A DNA stretch of 12,009 bases from Candidatus Calditenuaceae archaeon HR02 (GCA_002898395.1 BEHE01000030.1:1-12009); one strand, 5' to 3'; numbered from the stretch's first letter, positions 1-7,623 are shown. Notes: generated by a model not told the origin, from the letters alone. Numbers and translations: made by a program.

Positions 1-111
1 CTCGAATTTTTCCCCAATCGCCAGTAGCTCATCCTCTAGGTCGAGGACGCTCAGCTGGCAGCCGTCGCATGACGCAAACTTGTAGACAGCTATCTTGGGC
101 TTCCGCCTCAT
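1..111 (-). CDS. hydD: Group 3b [NiFe]-hydrogenase small (delta) subunit, N-terminal part; continues beyond the left edge
   Basis: Not in the ORF track. Manual translation from ATG 111: MRRKPKIAVYKFASCDGCQLSVLDLEDELLAIGEKFE, containing the proximal Fe-S CxxC motif (SCDGC). ATGA overlap with the gamma stop at 108-110. Confidence 0.92.
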   Translation of the reverse strand, partial: MRRKPKIAVYKFASCDGCQLSVLDLEDELLAIGEKFE

Positions 112-962
112 ATCTCCCTCCTCCCGAAGAGATGCGACACCTCCGAGTAGCTGAAGACGGGGCCGTCTTTGCAGACGAAGTATGGGCCGAACTGGCAGTG
201 TCCGCACAAGCCTACACCACATCTCATGTTACGCTCCATGGAGATGAATATCCTGTCGTCGGAGAGCCCCTGTTTCCTCAACTCAGCTATCGTGAACCTC
301 ATCATTATCTCGGGGCCGCAGACGTATGCGTAGGTGTTTTCAGGGTCGAGTGTAACGTATTTGAACAGCGTCGTGACGACGCCGATGTATCCTCTCCATT
401 TTTCATCACCCTTGTCAACCGTTATGAGCAGCTGTGTGTCCAGCCTCTTCTTCCATGCCTGCAGCTCTTTTTTGTAGACCAGTTCGGCGGGGCTGCGGGC
501 ACCGTAGAGGATGTAGAGTTTCCCAATTTTTTCACGTTTTCTGAGAAAGTGTCTGATTAGGGGTCGGAGTGGTGCAAGCCCGATGCCTCCGGCGACAACC
601 ACCACATCGCGGCCTTCAGCCTCTTTCAGAGGCCAGCCGTTTCCGAAGGGGCCTCTCATGCCCACAGTGTCTCCCGGCTGAGCGGACGCTAATGCACGTG
701 TGACTCCTCCAACCGCCCTCACCGTGTGTTCAACCTGTTTACCGTTGTCCGAGTCTCCGCTGAATGAGATGGGGGCTTCGCCCACGCCGTAGCGGTAAAG
801 CATGCTGAACTGGCCCGGGCTATAGTTTACAGAGCCGTTGAGCGGCTTTATCTTAAGCGTGTAGGTGTCAGGCGTCTCTCTTCTCCTCGACACAACACGG
901 CACCACTTGAATGTGAAAGTGTCAAGCCCTTCCTCGAGCTGAATCTTCTGCTCGGCGATCAC
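108..962 (-). CDS. hydG: Group 3b hydrogenase gamma subunit (FAD/NAD(P)-binding, [2Fe-2S])
   Basis: FNR-like motifs RGPFGNGW, GGIGLAP and CGPEIMM; C-terminal CGVGLCGHC...VCKDGP cluster motif. GTG start overlaps the upstream TGA (GTGA 959-962). Confidence 0.93.
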   Translation of the reverse strand: MIAEQKIQLEEGLDTFTFKWCRVVSRRRETPDTYTLKIKPLNGSVNYSPGQFSMLYRYGVGEAPISFSGDSDNGKQVEHTVRAVGGVTRALASAQPGDTVGMRGPFGNGWPLKEAEGRDVVVVAGGIGLAPLRPLIRHFLRKREKIGKLYILYGARSPAELVYKKELQAWKKRLDTQLLITVDKGDEKWRGYIGVVTTLFKYVTLDPENTYAYVCGPEIMMRFTIAELRKQGLSDDRIFISMERNMRCGVGLCGHCQFGPYFVCKDGPVFSYSEVSHLFGRREI

Positions 963-1447
963 GCCTCAACCTCCTCCGCCTTGCCGTAGACGTCTAATAG
1001 ACGCATCCTCGCCGCCCTCAGCCTATCGGCGACAACCGTCACTATTCTCCGGTAAACCTCGGAGCCGAAAACAGGGTCGTCCCCCATCATCCGTAGAAGC
1101 TTCTCACTATCGACGGCTATTGCCAACGTGTTTTCCACAGTCACGGCGCCCGATGTTTTCTTGAAGGGTTCTACGAGTGATGACCATCCGAGGACCTCTC
1201 CGCTGCCTATTGTCTCGAACCTGAACTCGCCTTTCGTAGGGATGTGGAAATAGAGGGCTACCAGCCCGTAGACGATGAGATAGAGCCGTTTATGCACCTC
1301 GCCTTCCTCGAAAATCTTTTGACCTGCGGAAAACCTGACGAGCGTGGAGATTGAAGCGAGCTGCATGACCTTTTCCTCGGACATGTTCTTGGTGAAGGGG
1401 TGGTCTCTCAAAAGTGTCAAAAGCTCAACCTTCTGGCCGCTCATCAT
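959..1447 (-). CDS. Stand-alone cyclic-nucleotide-binding-fold (Crp/Fnr N-terminal) protein, 162 aa, no HTH
   Basis: HPFTKNMSEE...FSAGQKIFEEGE...LYLIVYGLVAL...IGSGEVLGW pattern. Start reassigned to ATG 1447 (ATGA overlap with the beta stop); the ORF-track start at 1537 lies inside the beta gene. Confidence 0.85.
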   Translation of the reverse strand: MMSGQKVELLTLLRDHPFTKNMSEEKVMQLASISTLVRFSAGQKIFEEGEVHKRLYLIVYGLVALYFHIPTKGEFRFETIGSGEVLGWSSLVEPFKKTSGAVTVENTLAIAVDSEKLLRMMGDDPVFGSEVYRRIVTVVADRLRAARMRLLDVYGKAEEVEA

Positions 1448-2571
1448 GTACCAGCCTCCACAGCCCTCTGCCTGATTTTGGCCGCTTCCTCGGCTATGTC
1501 TATGCCGACGGGACACCATGTGATGCATCTGCCGCATCCCACGCAGCCCAGCATCCCGAACTGGTCAACCCAAGTCGAAAGCTTATGTGTAATCCACTGC
1601 CTGTATCGGCTGAGCCTGCTCGCCCTAATCGGCCCCCCATGGATATAACTAAAGTCAGCGTTGAAGCACGAGTCCCATCTTCTCCACCGCTCAGCCTTCT
1701 CCCCCGAGAGGGGGGTCACCTCCTCGGTTGTTGTGCAGAAGCATGTTGGGCACACAAGTGTGCAGTTGCCGCATGCGAGACACCTTTCCGCAACCTCTGC
1801 GTAGACAGGGCTCTCTAGATTGTTGTAGAGAGCTTCTCTACATCCATTAGCTTCAAACTTTTTCCTGAAAAGCGTGCGACTCCTCTCCATGAGCGACGCG
1901 GCTTTCACCAACTCCTCCTCAGACGCCTTCCGGGCGCCAACCTGCTCGAGAAACTTCTGCCCATCGTTTGAACCGGGCCTAGCCACAAAATAGTGGACAC
2001 CATCCTCCAAAACCTCTGTAACGGCTATGTCAAACCCCGAGGAAGCCTCCGGCCCCGTCCCCATCGAAGAGCAGAAACAGTTCTCACCCGGCTCAGTGCA
2101 GTTGACCGCGACTATGAAGAGGTTTTTTCTCCTCACGGCGTAAATAGGGTCCACGTAGGGGCCGCCGAGTAGCACCTTGTCGAGAACACTTATGGCAGCC
2201 AGCTCGCAGCCCCGGACACCTATGAAAGCCATCTTCGGACTGTCCGTGTTGTGGGGCTTCACCTCTCCTTTACGAGTAACCGTGAGCAGCCTAACCCGAG
2301 CCGGGTAAAGAATTTTCTTCCACGAATGGGGCCCCACCACGTAGCCGAAAACTGCTTCATCACCCCTCTTCTCTAGCCTATAATAGCCCGGGCCCTGCCT
2401 ATCCCTCACCCCAACGGGAAACTGCGAAACTGAGTCAACCTCGTCATAGACTATCGCGTCATCCCGAACCCTCGGCCCAAAAACCGTATATCCCATACCG
2501 TGCAGAATCCGTATCAATCCGTCTAACTCTTGGGGCCCAATCACATAATAATCCACATTCCCAAAACTCAT
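1444..2571 (-). CDS. hydB: Group 3b hydrogenase beta subunit (4Fe-4S protein)
   Basis: CFCSSMG, CLACGNCTLVCPTCFC, RWDSCF, RYRQWITHKL and GCVGCGRCITWCPVGID motifs. GGGGGAG just upstream of the ATG. Confidence 0.93.
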   Translation of the reverse strand: MSFGNVDYYVIGPQELDGLIRILHGMGYTVFGPRVRDDAIVYDEVDSVSQFPVGVRDRQGPGYYRLEKRGDEAVFGYVVGPHSWKKILYPARVRLLTVTRKGEVKPHNTDSPKMAFIGVRGCELAAISVLDKVLLGGPYVDPIYAVRRKNLFIVAVNCTEPGENCFCSSMGTGPEASSGFDIAVTEVLEDGVHYFVARPGSNDGQKFLEQVGARKASEEELVKAASLMERSRTLFRKKFEANGCREALYNNLESPVYAEVAERCLACGNCTLVCPTCFCTTTEEVTPLSGEKAERWRRWDSCFNADFSYIHGGPIRASRLSRYRQWITHKLSTWVDQFGMLGCVGCGRCITWCPVGIDIAEEAAKIRQRAVEAGT

Positions 2572-2604
2572 GGCTCCCCCATATCCATACTACGCAGGCA
2601 TCTC

Positions 2605-2619
2605 ATTTAAGTTTGTCTC
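2605..2619 (-). promoter_or_regulatory. Possible BRE/TATA promoter for the hydrogenase structural operon
   Basis: Minus strand reads GAGACAAAC-TTAAAT about 35 nt upstream of the beta ATG, in the only intergenic gap (59 nt) of this block. Confidence 0.4.
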
Positions 2620-2630
2620 ACCACAGTGAT

Positions 2631-3404
2631 TTAAACAACCTTCAAACCAGCCTTTCTAAGCTTCTCTCTCAGAGACCGTGCGAAAACGGTGGACAACAAC
2701 TTTTCTGGACCCTTTTTTCCTCCCCCTACCATGATTTCGGCGTCAAAGGGGATGGCGCCCAAAGACTCTACACCAGCTTCAGCGGCCAGACGCCTCGATA
2801 GGCTGTCATCCTCTCCCCTGGACATATTCTCCACCACCCCAATTATTCTGTAGTTCATCGAGCCGAGAATCTCGATGACGCGTCTGGCCACGCTGATGGA
2901 GAGAGGAGAAGAAGTAGTGACTACGATGGCGCCGCCTACCTGCTTCGTCAGCCGTGTGATGGTTAACAGCTCGTCACCCGTCCCCGGTGGCGTGTCCACC
3001 ACAAGGTAGTCAAGCCGGCCAAAGCTGGTGAGAGCCATCATCTCCTTCACAACCTCCTCCTTCGCTCCACCGGTCAAAGGCAGAGGCCTCCCTTTCGCAA
3101 ACAAATCAACCGACATAACCTTCACCCCACCGACAGACGGAGGAATCAAGCCATCCTCCGCCTCCATTGGAGACTCGTCTACACCGAGTAGAAGACATGC
3201 CGAGGGCCCGTTCAAGTCAAGGTCGAGAAGCCCGGTCCTGTTACTGGATTGGGAGAGTATGAGAGCCGCCGTCGAAGCAATAGTGCTTTTTCCAACGCCA
3301 CCCTTACCGCCGGTGACGAGCAAAACATACGAAAATTCGCTTAAACGTTTCATGATCAAGGCATCTCGGTAATCTATACAGCCGTCTCTAGACATAGACG
3401 ACAT
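2631..3404 (-). CDS. hypB: Mrp/MinD-family ATPase, probably ATPase-type HypB (hydrogenase nickel insertion); start may be 3395
   Basis: Deviant Walker A GGKGGVGKS, DLDLNGPS, VVDTPPGTGDE and VENMS. Lacks the CxxC that follows ENMS in Mrp/Nbp35 Fe-S carriers. Overlaps hypA, as for the Thermococcus kodakarensis HypA/HypB pair. Confidence 0.75.
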   Translation of the reverse strand: MSSMSRDGCIDYRDALIMKRLSEFSYVLLVTGGKGGVGKSTIASTAALILSQSSNRTGLLDLDLNGPSACLLLGVDESPMEAEDGLIPPSVGGVKVMSVDLFAKGRPLPLTGGAKEEVVKEMMALTSFGRLDYLVVDTPPGTGDELLTITRLTKQVGGAIVVTTSSPLSISVARRVIEILGSMNYRIIGVVENMSRGEDDSLSRRLAAEAGVESLGAIPFDAEIMVGGGKKGPEKLLSTVFARSLREKLRKAGLKVV

Positions 3405-3789
3405 CCCGTATGCTCACCCCCCTACCCGACTCTATCCGCAAGTCCTTGCTGCCGCATATCCTACATGCCCCATAAGATGCAATCAGCTCGGGAAGAAAAT
3501 GTATCACCTCCTTCTCCTGGTCATCAAGGTCTTCAACAACTTCGCCAAAAGACATCACATAGCCACAGGACCCACATATCACACGGGCCCGCTCAACCTC
3601 AACCGAGAAAACCGCATCCGCGGCGTCGCTGTGTTTGATAAGCTTCTCCAAAGCTCCCCTCAGCACTTCAAGGTTCAACATGCTTAGCTCCCCGACGAAA
3701 ACTCTAAAACTCTTCACACGCCTCCCAGAGCTTTTGGAAAAATTTTTCAACGAGTCGACAACCCCCACCGCTATAGTGTATTCGTGCAT
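3388..3789 (-). CDS. hypA: Hydrogenase maturation nickel metallochaperone HypA (133 aa)
   Basis: The N-terminal MHE nickel motif fixes the start at 3789 rather than 3840. VGELS, two CxxC (CGSC, CRIC) separated by a long insert with HFLPE, and SGRGV. Confidence 0.93.
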   Translation of the reverse strand: MHEYTIAVGVVDSLKNFSKSSGRRVKSFRVFVGELSMLNLEVLRGALEKLIKHSDAADAVFSVEVERARVICGSCGYVMSFGEVVEDLDDQEKEVIHFLPELIASYGACRICGSKDLRIESGRGVSIRDVVYV

Positions 3790-3980
3790 GTGCCTTAGCA
3801 TGTTAGGCCCATCCATAACCTTAACTCCAGCCACAAGCACCCCGGCTTAGGAGTTGCACTGCTTTACCGGAGTAGGGTAAAGGCTTTCATCAACGTAACG
3901 CAATAGCCACGCATGTCCATGACTCTTCCGATGTGTGGGATGGTGTTGAGATTTTACGTATGGGCTATGTCTTAGTCTGT

Positions 3981-3993
3981 TAAAATATAAATA
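3981..3993 (+). promoter_or_regulatory. Archaeal TATA box for the heme-copper operon (probably leaderless mRNA)
   Basis: A-rich run followed by TATAAATA at 3986-3993, ending 24 nt before ATG 4018. No Shine-Dalgarno sequence before that ATG. Confidence 0.7.
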
Positions 3994-4017
3994 TTAGCCT
4001 AGACATATATTTCCACT

Positions 4018-4545
4018 ATGTGGTGGACGGGTCTCGGAGCCCTCCTACTTATGATATATTTGACCACTCCCTTCCTAGTGGCCTTCCTCCTCATCTTCTA
4101 CCTATCCATCCGTAGGGGCGGTAGGCCGGCTGCTGAGGGAGGAGGACGTGCTTGGGAGGTTCTGTGGATACTCTTGGTGGGTGGGGTTTGGGTGGTGATA
4201 AACCTGACCAGCATAGGCTGGATACCCTCAGGCCTGGGCGGTGCGGACAGGGGTGTGGAGCCAACACAGAGAATAACCGTAGAGGCTCACATGTGGTACT
4301 TCAAGCTTGACGCTGACAGGCTTGCACCCTACACCCCCACCGAGATAGTGGCGAAGAGCTACGATACGATGCATGGCGTCGGCATATACGACCCAGAGGG
4401 GCGGCTGGTCGCGACGATGATGCTCATGCCCGGGATGGGGGAGAGGCTGGTCCTCACACTGCAGCCGGGAGAATACATCATACGCTGCCTCGAATACTGC
4501 GGCGACGGACACGCCGCAATGGTTTCACGCTTTACCGTGGGGTGA
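4018..4545 (+). CDS. Heme-copper oxidoreductase subunit II with a CuA site
   Basis: Two N-terminal hydrophobic helices, AHMWYF, DTMH119G, and a complete C157-x-E-x-C161-G-x-G-H165-x-x-M168 CuA motif. Confidence 0.92.
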   Translation: MWWTGLGALLLMIYLTTPFLVAFLLIFYLSIRRGGRPAAEGGGRAWEVLWILLVGGVWVVINLTSIGWIPSGLGGADRGVEPTQRITVEAHMWYFKLDADRLAPYTPTEIVAKSYDTMHGVGIYDPEGRLVATMMLMPGMGERLVLTLQPGEYIIRCLEYCGDGHAAMVSRFTVG

Positions 4546-4551
4546 GATGAA

Positions 4552-6030
4552 TTGACAGTAACCGAGACTGTTAAGACCTCGCTTTCCGACATAGTCAACA
4601 TCCCCAAACTGATGTTCTACACATCCATCCTATGGTTCCTCCTTGGAGGAGGCGCAGGCCTCTACATGGTGTTGTCGCACCTATCGGGGGCCACCTATGT
4701 CGCAAACTACTACCAGGCTATGACGCTCCACGGTGTTGTCATGGCCTTCGGCGGGCTCTTCCAGCTTATGATGGCTCTCTCACTGATGAGGGCTGGATTC
4801 TGCTATGGAAAGCCTGTGAAAGGCTTTGTGGCCTCAGCCTCCTACCTCCTGCTCAACCTAGGTCTTCTAATGGCGGTGGTGGCCACCTGGCTGGGTGTGA
4901 GGACGAGCTACACGCTGATGTTCCCCCTCCCCGCCGTGGGAGCGCTCCATGGTCTATGGACGTTAGACGCTGTAACACTTTTCGTATGGGGTGTGGTCCT
5001 CGTTGTGGCGGTGGTGGTAGCCCTTTACCCATCGGCACTAGCGAGGCTCATATTCTTCGGAAAGACAAGAGAGGCCCTGATACTTGAGAGGTTCGTGGGT
5101 ACGCTCAACCCATCCGGCATGGCCAGCATGCTCCCATACATCTTCATAGTACCTGTACTGGGCTCGGCAATACTCCTAGAAGCAGCCCTTATAGGGATGG
5201 CCCTCATCAACCTAGTCCCACTAGACGAGATAGCATGGATACTCCACCCCCTGAACTTCAACTACCCCTTCTGGGTCTGGGCCCACAACCTGATGGAGGC
5301 CATGGGCATCATGGGCCTGGGTACGGTTTACTGGCTTATCCCCAGATACACAGCTAGGATGGAGAGAGCCGAGGACGCTGCACCCAGACTCTACAGCGAG
5401 AAGCTCGGCATATTCGCGATAATCTTCTACGCATCCGCCGCTGTCATGGCCTTCCCCCACCACCTCTACACCATGCCCACATCACAGCCCATAGGGCTCA
5501 GCTACACAGGCCAGATAGCCAGCTGGCTGACCGGCTTCGGAGCCGCATTCTCAGTCTTTAACATCTCCGCCACAGCTTACAGGAAAGGGCTCCGGCTCAC
5601 ACCGGCAACACTCGCGGCAATGCTAGGCTTCACCATATACGTGGTCGACGGCTTCATCGCCATGCAGCTGGGGACAATCGGATGGGCCTACAGACTCCAT
5701 GGAACATACTATGCGACAGCGCATCTCATGACAATTCTGTTGGCGGTGACGCTTATCTGGATAGGCGCGGCATACCACAGCCACAGCCTCCTAACAGGGC
5801 GAACACCATCCAACAGACTCGCATACACACATATACTGCTCACAGCCTTAGGCGCTCTGGGGATATTCTACATCATGGCATACATGGGTGCTGAGGGCTT
5901 CCCCAGAAGAACATATCCACTGCCCTTCTACTCAGACCCACCAATGGCAGGCATCCTCGTATTCGGCCTCCTCCTAGCAATCGGCCAGGCAGCCTTCCTC
6001 CTCAACCTCATCAAAGCTAAGTCCAAATGA
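4552..6030 (+). CDS. Heme-copper superfamily subunit I, probable nitric oxide reductase (nNOR-like)
   Basis: About 12 hydrophobic helices; H60 (MTLHG), FWVWAH245NLME249, PH303H304, HGTYYATAH391LM393 and GFPRR. TTG start preceded by GGGGTGA. Superfamily membership is very clear; the NOR function is inferred. Confidence 0.8.
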   Translation: MTVTETVKTSLSDIVNIPKLMFYTSILWFLLGGGAGLYMVLSHLSGATYVANYYQAMTLHGVVMAFGGLFQLMMALSLMRAGFCYGKPVKGFVASASYLLLNLGLLMAVVATWLGVRTSYTLMFPLPAVGALHGLWTLDAVTLFVWGVVLVVAVVVALYPSALARLIFFGKTREALILERFVGTLNPSGMASMLPYIFIVPVLGSAILLEAALIGMALINLVPLDEIAWILHPLNFNYPFWVWAHNLMEAMGIMGLGTVYWLIPRYTARMERAEDAAPRLYSEKLGIFAIIFYASAAVMAFPHHLYTMPTSQPIGLSYTGQIASWLTGFGAAFSVFNISATAYRKGLRLTPATLAAMLGFTIYVVDGFIAMQLGTIGWAYRLHGTYYATAHLMTILLAVTLIWIGAAYHSHSLLTGRTPSNRLAYTHILLTALGALGIFYIMAYMGAEGFPRRTYPLPFYSDPPMAGILVFGLLLAIGQAAFLLNLIKAKSK

Positions 6031-6056
6031 AATATTGTAGATAGAGCCCGTGTGAG

Positions 6057-6497
6057 GTGATGGATTTGGCTAGTAGAGCTGTTTTGATTGTTGTCGTGGC
6101 CGTGGTTGTAGTAGCGATTGTAGGCGCCGTTTTCGCGACTGGGATGCTGGGTGGGGGTTCGCAGCAGAGGCAGACCAAGGTTGTGAAGATAGTTAGCAAC
6201 AAAGACTCCTACCTTGCTCCTAAGGAGTGGAAGATGGGTGACCCCCCGGTCATCAGCGACAGGTACTACAACCCGAGTAGGGTAACGATAAACGTCGGCG
6301 ACACCGTCGAATACGTCAACCAAGACTCAGTCGCCCACACCTTCACCACGATGAAGGGCAAGGCCCCGGAACAGTTCGACTCGGGCCTAGTAGGCCCGGG
6401 CAAGTCTTGGAGATACACGGTCAAGACAGCAGGCGAATACAACATATACTGCACCGCCCACCCCCACAAAGGAGTAGTGATAACAGTCCAACCATGA
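6057..6497 (+). CDS. Membrane-anchored cupredoxin (amicyanin/plastocyanin-like)
   Basis: N-terminal hydrophobic helix; YNPSRVTINVGDTVEYVNQDSVAH94, FDSG and GEYNIYC132TAH135PHK. The exact start (GTG 6057, ATG 6060 or TTG 6066) is uncertain. Confidence 0.88.
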   Translation: MMDLASRAVLIVVVAVVVVAIVGAVFATGMLGGGSQQRQTKVVKIVSNKDSYLAPKEWKMGDPPVISDRYYNPSRVTINVGDTVEYVNQDSVAHTFTTMKGKAPEQFDSGLVGPGKSWRYTVKTAGEYNIYCTAHPHKGVVITVQP

Positions 6498-6551
6498 CAA
6501 TCTTTGTGAATAGGGTTCGGACATCTATGCATGAAAATTAGGAGAATATGC

Positions 6552-7030
6552 TCAGGACTCTAACCATTTTAGTAAATCGTAAACTTTTCTCCCAAGGTCT
6601 GTGGCGTATACTGTTCCCTTGCTTGTGATTCTGATTAGGCCAGATGCTTGTAGCCCGTTTAGAACTTCGTCGGGTAGATTTGCTGCATGTTTTTCCAGCT
6701 TTTCGCCGGTGAGTGTGCGGCGGACTCGTCTAAGCACTGTGAGAGGGTAAGGGATTATCGGTATTTTTATGACTGTGTAGTCTCCGAGCGGGGGATACAT
6801 GACCTGGTCGAACTCTTCTTTCAACCTGTTGTAGTAGCTGACGGGGTTTCGGAGGAGGCTAGGTTTTCTATTTCTCTGCGCAAAGTTTCCAACTTTTCGT
6901 TAATAACCTGTACATCAGGCATAATCACGTGGTAGACGCCGTTGACGCCGAAGTAGCTGGCGAGGAGAGCCGCAGTGATTCCCATATCTTTTCTCCCGCC
7001 TGCTAGACATAGGTGAACCGCGTCGACATG
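6552..7030 (-). pseudogene. 5'-truncated, frameshifted CRISPR-associated CARF-domain + winged-helix gene (Csx14/Crn1-like)
   Basis: The frame from 7030 reads HVDAVHLCLAGGRKDMGITAALLASYFGVNGVYHVIMPD...LASSE, with the CARF GGRK motif. A one-base shift at about 6847-6849 joins it to NPVSYYNRLKEEFDQVMYPP...SGLIRITSKGTVYATDLGRKV (wHTH-like). In-frame stop at 7064-7066 upstream, and no N-terminal CARF half. Confidence 0.7.
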
Positions 7031-7272
7031 ATGAAGGCTTCCCCCAGATTTAAGACATATTGTTTAGGATAATCACAGTCTTTCAACATATCGTCATCAT
7101 CGGTTATTTTTATCAATATCGCTTTTAATCCCAGTTTCTCCAATTCCGATAGTTTATTGAGTTTCATTCTTATTTCTTCCAACCGCGAAACATTAAACAA
7201 CAGCGAATACCCACATGTTGCCGTAACATTACCCAGCAAATCCACGGATACCTCTTCAACACATATATACAT
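7003..7272 (-). CDS. Hypothetical protein or gene fragment in an AT-rich patch
   Basis: 89-aa ORF with protein-like composition (LEEIRMKLNKLSELEKLGLKAILIKITDDDD). Its last codons run out of frame into the CARF remnant. No recognised family. Confidence 0.3.
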   Translation of the reverse strand: MYICVEEVSVDLLGNVTATCGYSLLFNVSRLEEIRMKLNKLSELEKLGLKAILIKITDDDDMLKDCDYPKQYVLNLGEAFIMSTRFTYV

Positions 7273-7289
7273 CCAAATAGGCTGAAAGA

Positions 7290-7623
7290 GAAATAGGCTA
7301 CAGCCAGCTTGTTGACATAGTGCACTGTGACCAAGTGTTTCTTACCAACAACGCCCTTCTAAAACCGTTTACGTAGCCGACGACAAAGACAAATTAGAAA
7401 AAGAGAACTCTTTCACAACAGACCTTCAACACCTCGCTTACAAGTTCCCTGATGCACCAGCCGTATCCAAGAAACAGAAAAGCACACCATCAATAAAGAT
7501 CTTAAAGCCAAAGATGTTATCAAAAAACATTCACCTTCACTGTTCATGCTCTGCAAGGACATAGTTGGTTTCATGATTTCGGAGGAGGAATATAGAAATG
7601 AAGCCTATGGCGTCTCCTCATGA
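7290..7623 (+). pseudogene. Probable degraded 3' end of a cas3' helicase gene
   Basis: Protein-like fragments in three successive frames (EIGYSQLVDIV...; TVYVADDKDKLEKENSFTTDL...; KDVIKKHSPSLFMLCKDIVGFMISEEEYRNEAYGVSS*). The last ends at TGA 7621-7623, overlapping the cas3'' start as cas3' commonly does in type I-A loci. Identity inferred mainly from position. Confidence 0.4.

Noticed and set aside
69-1818. Plus-strand ORFs 69-560, 1400-1648 and 1414-1818
   Set aside because: Antisense shadows of well-supported hydrogenase genes, with no motifs.
2631-3404. Annotation as an Mrp/Nbp35 Fe-S cluster carrier
   Set aside because: The CxxC after ENMS is missing and the gene overlaps hypA.
3790-3840. 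N-terminal extensions in the ORF track for hypA (3840), and likewise for the cNMP protein (1537) and mre11 (11810)
   Set aside because: HypA needs an N-terminal MHE; the other two extensions overlap upstream genes, and better coupled starts exist.
4552-6030. Annotation as a ba3/aa3 or cbb3 oxygen reductase
   Set aside because: The helix VI Tyr is replaced by Glu and the second helix X His by Met. The HN resemblance to cbb3 is offset by a CuA subunit II rather than cytochrome c subunits.
4228-6532. Alternative-frame and antisense ORFs over the heme-copper operon (e.g. 4632-5087, 5928-6323)
   Set aside because: They overlap motif-bearing genes and have unprotein-like composition.
3388-7059. 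Recurrent CTAGACATA/TAAGACATA 9-mers (3388, 3999, 7003, 7051) as possible element ends or target-site duplications
   Set aside because: They are short, several fall within coding sequence, there is no transposase or integrase, and they do not bound a coherent unit.
6498-7597. CRISPR array near the cas remnants
   Set aside because: No regularly spaced 24-40 nt repeats were found by eye.
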